This document shows, one piece after another, positions 28,113 through 33,034 of a stretch of 33,034 bases of DNA; position 1 is the first letter of the stretch, and every line of letters starts with the position of its first letter. Source of the stretch: Gammaproteobacteria bacterium. Lineage in GTDB: Bacteria; Pseudomonadota; Gammaproteobacteria; JAHELT01. Location: contig JBFJWO010000003.1 of assembly GCA_041623575.1 (NCBI GenBank), positions 1 through 33,034 on the forward strand. Direction: 5' to 3'. The notes under the pieces were generated by a model that saw only the letters and a program-made list of their open reading frames with translations, ran no database searches and had not been told where the DNA came from. The position numbers and the translations under genes are program-made.

Positions 28113-29035
28113 TGTTCATCGATCCACACACACACATGATCTCGCGTACCACCGACGACTACGAGGCCATGGCCGCGGCGGGCATAGTGGCGCTGATCGA
28201 GCCGGCTTTCTGGATCGGCCAGCCGCGCACCAACGTGGGGTCCTACAGCGACTACCTGTCACACATCATCGGCTTCGAGCGGTTCCGCGCCGGGCAGTTC
28301 GGCATCCGCCACTACTGCACCATCGGGCTCAATTCCAAGGAAGCCAACAACGAGGAGCTGGCCGAGGCGGTCATGGAGATCCTGCCGCGCTTCGCGCTCA
28401 AGGACGGGGTGGTGGCGATCGGCGAGATCGGCTACGACGAGCAGACCGACCTCGAAGACCGCTATTTCCGTCAGCAGATCGACCTGGCGATGGAACTGGA
28501 CCTGCCGGTGATGATCCACACGCCGCACCGCGACAAGCAACGCGGCACGTCGCGTTCGATGGACGTGTGCGAGGAACACGGTATCGCGCCCTCCCGGGTG
28601 GTGATCGACCACAACAACGAGAACACCGTGCGCGAAGTGCTCGACCGCGGTTTCTGGGCGGCCTTCTCGATCTACCCCAGCACCAAGATGGGCAACGCGC
28701 GGATGGTGGAGATCCTGCAGCAGTACGGGGCCGAGCGAGTCATCGTGGACTCCGCCTGCGACTGGGGGATATCGGAGCCGCTCGGCGTGCCGAAGACCGC
28801 CAAGCTCGCCCTCGAGCGCGGGATACCCGAGGAACAGGTGGAGCTTGCCTGTTACCGCAACGCGCTGGAGGCCTACGGTCAGAGCGGGCAGATCCGCGAG
28901 GAGGACTGGCTGGACCCGCCACCCATCGACCAGCGCACGGTCTACGAGGGCAACTCGATCCTGCGCGGGCAGCGCGAGCCGCGGGTCGAGGAGCCGAAGA
29001 TCAAACGCTCCATGGACGAACTGATCATCGAGTAG
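28109..29035 (+). CDS. eboB: TatD-family metallohydrolase, EboB type
   Basis: DPHTHMISRTTDDYEAM, EPAFWIGQPRT, ERFRAGQFGI.HYCTIGLNSKEANN, GEIGYD, IHTPHRDK, DHNNE and DSACDWG. ATGA overlap with eboA. Confidence 0.9.
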   Translation: MMFIDPHTHMISRTTDDYEAMAAAGIVALIEPAFWIGQPRTNVGSYSDYLSHIIGFERFRAGQFGIRHYCTIGLNSKEANNEELAEAVMEILPRFALKDGVVAIGEIGYDEQTDLEDRYFRQQIDLAMELDLPVMIHTPHRDKQRGTSRSMDVCEEHGIAPSRVVIDHNNENTVREVLDRGFWAAFSIYPSTKMGNARMVEILQQYGAERVIVDSACDWGISEPLGVPKTAKLALERGIPEEQVELACYRNALEAYGQSGQIREEDWLDPPPIDQRTVYEGNSILRGQREPRVEEPKIKRSMDELIIE

Positions 29036-29288
29036 GCGTTCGACACGGTCCCGCCGCGCTGCGCGGTGCGGGTACTCGGCCCCGAGGAAACTGCGGCGGA
29101 TCGAGCCCGCCTCACCGCTTGTATACCACCGCTGCGTGGTTTAGCCTCTGCTCATCGGCCGACACACCGCTTCGTGGGGTGCGACCGATATTCTCCCGGC
29201 CCCGATGGCGCGTGTGTTTGGTGTTACGCGCTGCCGACGATCAATAACACGAGCGGGCCGAAACTCACCTCGACCGGAGGAGTACTTT

Positions 29289-30530
29289 ATGAAACGACTG
29301 CTTCTCGCCTCGGCACTGGCCACCGTGGGGTTAGGCAACACAGCCAATGCCGATAATCTCGACAAGCTGAGCAAGTTCCAGCAGACCGGGGTCAAGGACT
29401 TCACCTATGTCGAGCAGGGCGGCTCGAAAGCCGACGCGATCCGCAGGAATCTGCAGCGGATCGAGATGCCCGATGGTTTCCGGATAGACCTCTATGCGCT
29501 CGTGCCGGACGCCAGACATATCGCCGTCGGCACCCAGGGGATCGTCACGTTCGTCGGCACGCGCAAGACCAAGGTCTGGTCGGTGACCGATCGCGACAAG
29601 GACCGCGTAGCCGACGAGGTGAAAGATTTCGCCCCGTCGATCGATTTCGCGATCCCCAACGGCCCGTGCTTCTCATCCGATGGATTCCTGTTCATCGCCG
29701 AGCAAAACCGGGTTCTGCAGTTCCCGGCAGCCGAGTTCTTCTACGAGAGCCCCGATGTCGCCGCGTTCAACGTCGTGCCACAGGGTGAGCTGATCCCGGC
29801 GACCGAGGAGAGCTATAACCACACCGCGCGGGTATGCCGGGTCGGTCCCGACAACAAGCTCTACATCTCGCTCGGCCAGCCTTACAACGTCCCGCCGCCC
29901 GAGAAGATGGATCTGTACGACGAATGGGGTATCGGCGGCGTCGTGCGCCTCAATCGCGACGGCACCGGCCGCGAGGTCTACACCTACGGGATTCGTAACT
30001 CGGTCGGCCACGACTTCAATCCGGCCAACGGCGAGCTGTGGTTCACCGACAACCAGGTCGACGGCATGGGCGACGATATTCCTCCGGGGGAGCTGAACCG
30101 CCAGACCGCCATGGGCCAGCACTTCGGCTTTCCGTGGTACGGCGGCGGCTCGGTGCGCACCAACGAATACAAAGACGATCAGCCGCCCGCCGACGTCGTG
30201 TTCCCGGTGGTGGAGATGGTGGCGCACGCGGCCGACCTCGGCATGACCTTCTATACCGGCAAAATGTTCCCGGAGAAGTACCGTGGCGGCATCTTCTCCG
30301 CGCAACACGGTTCCTGGAACCGCACCACGCCGGTCGGTGCCCGGGTCATGTTCACGGCCGTAAACGCCGACGGCAGCGTTGGCGAGAGCGCTCCGTTCGC
30401 CGAAGGTTGGCTCGACGAGAACGGCGAGTATCTCGGTCGCCCGGTCGACGTGGCACAGCTTCGCGACGGCTCGCTGCTGGTTTCCGATGACCTCGCAGGC
30501 GCGCTCTACCGGATCTCCTACGCGAAATGA
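29289..30530 (+). CDS. Secreted glucose/sorbosone dehydrogenase-family (PQQ-type six-bladed beta-propeller) protein
   Basis: GGAGGAG RBS and Sec signal peptide (..TANA|D). MPDGFRIDLYA...AR, GPDNKLYISLGQPYN, GIRNSVG.DF, WFTDN..D.MGDDIPPGELN, FGFP, HGSWNR and GRPVDV....DGSLLVSDD.AGALYRI. Confidence 0.9.
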   Translation: MKRLLLASALATVGLGNTANADNLDKLSKFQQTGVKDFTYVEQGGSKADAIRRNLQRIEMPDGFRIDLYALVPDARHIAVGTQGIVTFVGTRKTKVWSVTDRDKDRVADEVKDFAPSIDFAIPNGPCFSSDGFLFIAEQNRVLQFPAAEFFYESPDVAAFNVVPQGELIPATEESYNHTARVCRVGPDNKLYISLGQPYNVPPPEKMDLYDEWGIGGVVRLNRDGTGREVYTYGIRNSVGHDFNPANGELWFTDNQVDGMGDDIPPGELNRQTAMGQHFGFPWYGGGSVRTNEYKDDQPPADVVFPVVEMVAHAADLGMTFYTGKMFPEKYRGGIFSAQHGSWNRTTPVGARVMFTAVNADGSVGESAPFAEGWLDENGEYLGRPVDVAQLRDGSLLVSDDLAGALYRISYAK

Positions 30531-30595
30531 CCGAGACAGGCGCGGCGGCGGCTGGGGTCGTCGCCGCGCACACATGATGCATCGAAGCCTCTAGA

Positions 30596-30931
30596 GTGCC
30601 TACATCACCTCACCACATCCTGTGCGCGATGGTCGCCTGCCTGCTCGTCGGCACCGCCCCCGCCGCGGACCTGGCGAAAGGCAAGGCGGCGGCGCGCCAG
30701 TGCAACGTGTGCCACGGCAAGGACGGTATCGCCACCAATCCCGAGGCACCCAACCTGGCCGGCGAGTCGGCCATCTACGTGGAGAAGCAGTTGGTGGCAT
30801 TCAAGACCGGCGAGCGCCAACATCGGCAGATGTCGATCATCGCGCAGGGCCTGGACATGACCACGATCAAAGACCTCGCCGCCTGGTACGCGGCTATGCA
30901 GGTAACCGTCGTGCTGCCGAAAGTCGACTGA
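30596..30931 (+). CDS. Periplasmic monoheme class I cytochrome c (c553/c4-like)
   Basis: Signal peptide, CNVCHG heme motif, PNLAGE...Y..KQL..FK.GER, and axial Met (QMS). Confidence 0.93.
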   Translation: MPTSPHHILCAMVACLLVGTAPAADLAKGKAAARQCNVCHGKDGIATNPEAPNLAGESAIYVEKQLVAFKTGERQHRQMSIIAQGLDMTTIKDLAAWYAAMQVTVVLPKVD

Positions 30932-31001
30932 CTACGACGCGTTGCGGTCGTACCCGAGCGCTGTCGCTCCGCTGTACAGCCCGGTAGCGAAGCTGTACAG
31001 A

Positions 31002-31388
31002 TCAGCGTCGGTGACCATGGCCGCGCACCCGGCGGTCGTTGTGCCGCTCCCACAGCGCAGTGACTGCCGCGACGCCGAGCACCAGTACGACGATCATCAG
31101 GCCCATGCTCTCGCGGACGGTCTCGCTGGTCCACCAGATTTCGCGACGCCAGAACCCGGGAATGCGGGGCCAGAAGTAGACGGCGCCGGCCAGTGCGCTC
31201 GCCACACTCACGCCCAACAGGCCGCCGAACAGTCGATTCGTCATCAGCCGAGGGCGCAACGCCACCGTGGCGCACAACAGCGCCGGAACCGTGTAAACCG
31301 CGCCCCACACCAACCCGTCGGGATCGTTATACTGCACCGCGGCAAAGGTGAGCATCAGCGCACTCGAGCACAGGTTGACGTACTTGAT
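31002..31388 (-). CDS. TMEM220-family small membrane protein
   Basis: FAAVQYNDPD...W...Y and E..RE..GL motifs. Start is uncertain: ATC at 31388 follows a GAGG RBS, while the first ATG is at 31355. Confidence 0.8.
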   Translation of the reverse strand: MKYVNLCSSALMLTFAAVQYNDPDGLVWGAVYTVPALLCATVALRPRLMTNRLFGGLLGVSVASALAGAVYFWPRIPGFWRREIWWTSETVRESMGLMIVVLVLGVAAVTALWERHNDRRVRGHGHRR

Positions 31389-31406
31389 AACCAGAACCTC
31401 GCCGGT

Positions 31407-31423
31407 TTGGCACGCGTTTTGTA
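31407..31423 (+). promoter_or_regulatory. Sigma54 (RpoN)-like -24/-12 promoter upstream of eboD
   Basis: TTGGCACG-CGTT-TTGTA versus consensus YTGGCACG-N4-TTGCW: exact spacing, one mismatch at -12, about 65 nt before ATG 31489. Confidence 0.5.
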
Positions 31424-31488
31424 AGACTACGAGTCGGAGCAGGGAGTATAGCCGGCATGTCTCGCCGAGGGACGACAAAGAGATCGCC

Positions 31489-32685
31489 ATGACGCCGACC
31501 AAGACCCGCATCGCCGCAGACTCGACCTGCCTGTGGCAGCGTTTCGCGGTGCCCTACGAGTACCCCGTGCATTTCACGCGCGACCTGTTCGCGCCGGCTA
31601 ACCCCGTGCTGAAAGACACCGTGAGCCGGCTCGAGCCCGAGCGGCGTCACCGCTGCATCGTATTCGTCGACGACGGCGTGCTGCACGCCTGTCCGGGGCT
31701 GGCGGCCGGGATCGAGGCCTACGCCGAACGCCATCGCGCGCACATCGACCTGGTGAGCGAGCCGATCGCGGTACCGGGCGGCGAGAAGATCAAGTCGGAG
31801 CTGCATTTCGTCGAACAGATGCAGCAGGCCCTGTTCGACCACCACATCGACCGCCACTCCTACGTGATCGCGATCGGCGGCGGCGCCGTGCTCGACGCGG
31901 CGGGCCTGGTGTCCGCCACGGCCCACCGCGGCATTCGCCACGTGCGGGTCCCGACCACCGTGCTGGCACAGAACGACTCGGGCGTGGGCGTGAAGAACGG
32001 CGTCAACCTGTTCGGCGCCAAGAACTACGTCGGCACCTTCGCGCCGCCGTTCGCGGTGCTCAACGACATCGCCTTCGTCGAACGCCTGGGCCTGCGCGAC
32101 AAGATCGCCGGGATGGCCGAGGCGGTGAAGGTCGCCCTGATCCGCGACGCCGATTTCTTCACCTGGCTCGAACGTCACGCCGACGACCTGGCGACGGTGG
32201 ACCTCGACGCCCTCGCGACCCTCATCCGGCGCTGCGCGCAGTTGCACATGCGCCAGATCGCCCACGGCGGCGACCCCTTCGAGAGTGGCAGCGTGCGCCC
32301 GCTGGACTACGGGCACTGGTCGGCGCACAAGCTCGAGGGCATGACGCGCTATCACCTGCGCCACGGCGAGGCGGTGGCCATCGGCATCGCGCTCGACGCC
32401 CGCTACTCGGTGTTGAGCGGGTTGTTGCCGCCCGGCGAGGAGGAACGCATCTGCTTCCTGCTCGAGCACCTCGGCTTCCGGCTCTGGCACCCGGCGCTCG
32501 ACAACCGCAACGCCGCCGGGCGGCGTGAAGTACTCACCGGGCTCAGCGACTTTCGCGAGCACCTCGGCGGCGAGCTCACCATCACTTTGCTCGAGCGCGT
32601 AGGCACCGGTATCGAGGTGCACGAGATGGACGAGGAGCGGGTCGAGCAGGCGATCGACTGGCTGCGGGACCGGCACGGTCGCTGA
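31489..32685 (+). CDS. eboD: 3-dehydroquinate synthase-like sugar-phosphate cyclase, EboD type
   Basis: PGGEKIK, IDRHSYVIAIGGGAVLD, HRGIRHVRVPTTVLAQNDSGVGVKNG, GMAEAVKVALI, GGDPFESGS.RPLDYGHWSAHKLE and LRHGEAVAIG. Coupled to eboE. Confidence 0.9.
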   Translation: MTPTKTRIAADSTCLWQRFAVPYEYPVHFTRDLFAPANPVLKDTVSRLEPERRHRCIVFVDDGVLHACPGLAAGIEAYAERHRAHIDLVSEPIAVPGGEKIKSELHFVEQMQQALFDHHIDRHSYVIAIGGGAVLDAAGLVSATAHRGIRHVRVPTTVLAQNDSGVGVKNGVNLFGAKNYVGTFAPPFAVLNDIAFVERLGLRDKIAGMAEAVKVALIRDADFFTWLERHADDLATVDLDALATLIRRCAQLHMRQIAHGGDPFESGSVRPLDYGHWSAHKLEGMTRYHLRHGEAVAIGIALDARYSVLSGLLPPGEEERICFLLEHLGFRLWHPALDNRNAAGRREVLTGLSDFREHLGGELTITLLERVGTGIEVHEMDEERVEQAIDWLRDRHGR

Positions 32686-33034
32686 TGGAACTCAGCGGCG
32701 GACCCGGTCTGGGGCACCTCACCTACTGCACCAACATCCACCCCGGCGAAGACTGGCCGGCCGTGCTCGCCGCGCTCCGTCGCTACCTGCCGGCGGTCAA
32801 GGCCCACCTGGCGCCGGAGCGGCCGCTGGGGGTCGGGCTGCGCCTCGCTGCGTCCGCCGCGCGCGCCCTGCGCGAGCCCGCGGCACTCGACGAGTTGCGC
32901 GGCCTGCTGCGCGACGGCGACTTCTACGTGTTCACCCTCAACGGCTTCCCCTACGGCGCGTTTCACGGCCAGCGGGTCAAGGAAGGCGCCTACCGCCCCG
33001 ACTGGACGCAGCCGGAACGCCTCGCCTACACCAA
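32685..33034 (+). CDS. eboE: EboE (TIM-barrel, xylose-isomerase-like), 5' part only; runs off the right edge
   Basis: Not in the ORF track. Manual translation from ATG 32685 (TGATG overlap): MELSGGPGLGHLTYCTNIHPGEDW...GVGLRL...YVFTLNGFPYGAFHGQRVKEGAYRPDW...RLAYT, which matches EboE signature segments. Confidence 0.9.
   Translation, partial: MELSGGPGLGHLTYCTNIHPGEDWPAVLAALRRYLPAVKAHLAPERPLGVGLRLAASAARALREPAALDELRGLLRDGDFYVFTLNGFPYGAFHGQRVKEGAYRPDWTQPERLAYT

Noticed and set aside
28109-29035. TatD DNase or anti-phage nuclease interpretation
   Set aside because: The sequence matches the EboB subtype and is coupled to eboA; there is no defence-island context.
29206-29221. TGGCGCG-TGTG-TTTGG as a sigma54 promoter for the dehydrogenase
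   Set aside because: The -12 element is displaced by one base and lacks GC; RpoN spacing is strict.
31489-32685. Calling this gene housekeeping aroB (shikimate pathway)
   Set aside because: EboD-type segments (AQNDSGVGVKNG, GGDPFESGS.RPLDYGHWSAHKLE), coupling to eboE and the absence of an adjacent aroK indicate the ebo cyclase.

Overview
High-GC proteobacterial chromosomal window (probably gamma- or betaproteobacterial), densely coding, with no recognisable rRNA, tRNA, CRISPR array or transposase. Left to right: (i) the start of a minus-strand fatty-acid/polyketide-type operon, with a gutted ketosynthase remnant coupled to a fabD-like acyltransferase; (ii) a 1-Cys peroxiredoxin; (iii) a triple-PAS HisKA_3 sensor kinase with two tandem NarL/LuxR response regulators and a convergent orphan HisKA kinase; (iv) an orphan encapsulin-type ferritin; (v) a 7-gene DUF805-RDD-SpoIIM-DUF4129-DUF4350-MoxR-DUF58 membrane/AAA+ operon; (vi) mtnA; (vii) an uncharacterised catabolic island: divergent DapA-like aldolase/GntR and TRAP dctPQM/PhyH-type Fe(II)-2OG dioxygenase, plus a class II aldolase, a PLP Cys/Met enzyme, a RhaK-like FGGY kinase and an orphan MsrQ-like cytochrome b; (viii) an atypical ebo cluster: idi-eboA-eboB, then a secreted sorbosone/glucose-dehydrogenase-family beta-propeller, a cytochrome c and a TMEM220 gene, then eboD-eboE running off the right edge. 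The best candidate for an undescribed system is (viii): a prenyl-donor-supplied ebo (prenylated cyclitol?) pathway physically built around a periplasmic dehydrogenase/cytochrome c pair. All family calls come from motif recognition by eye; no searches were run.
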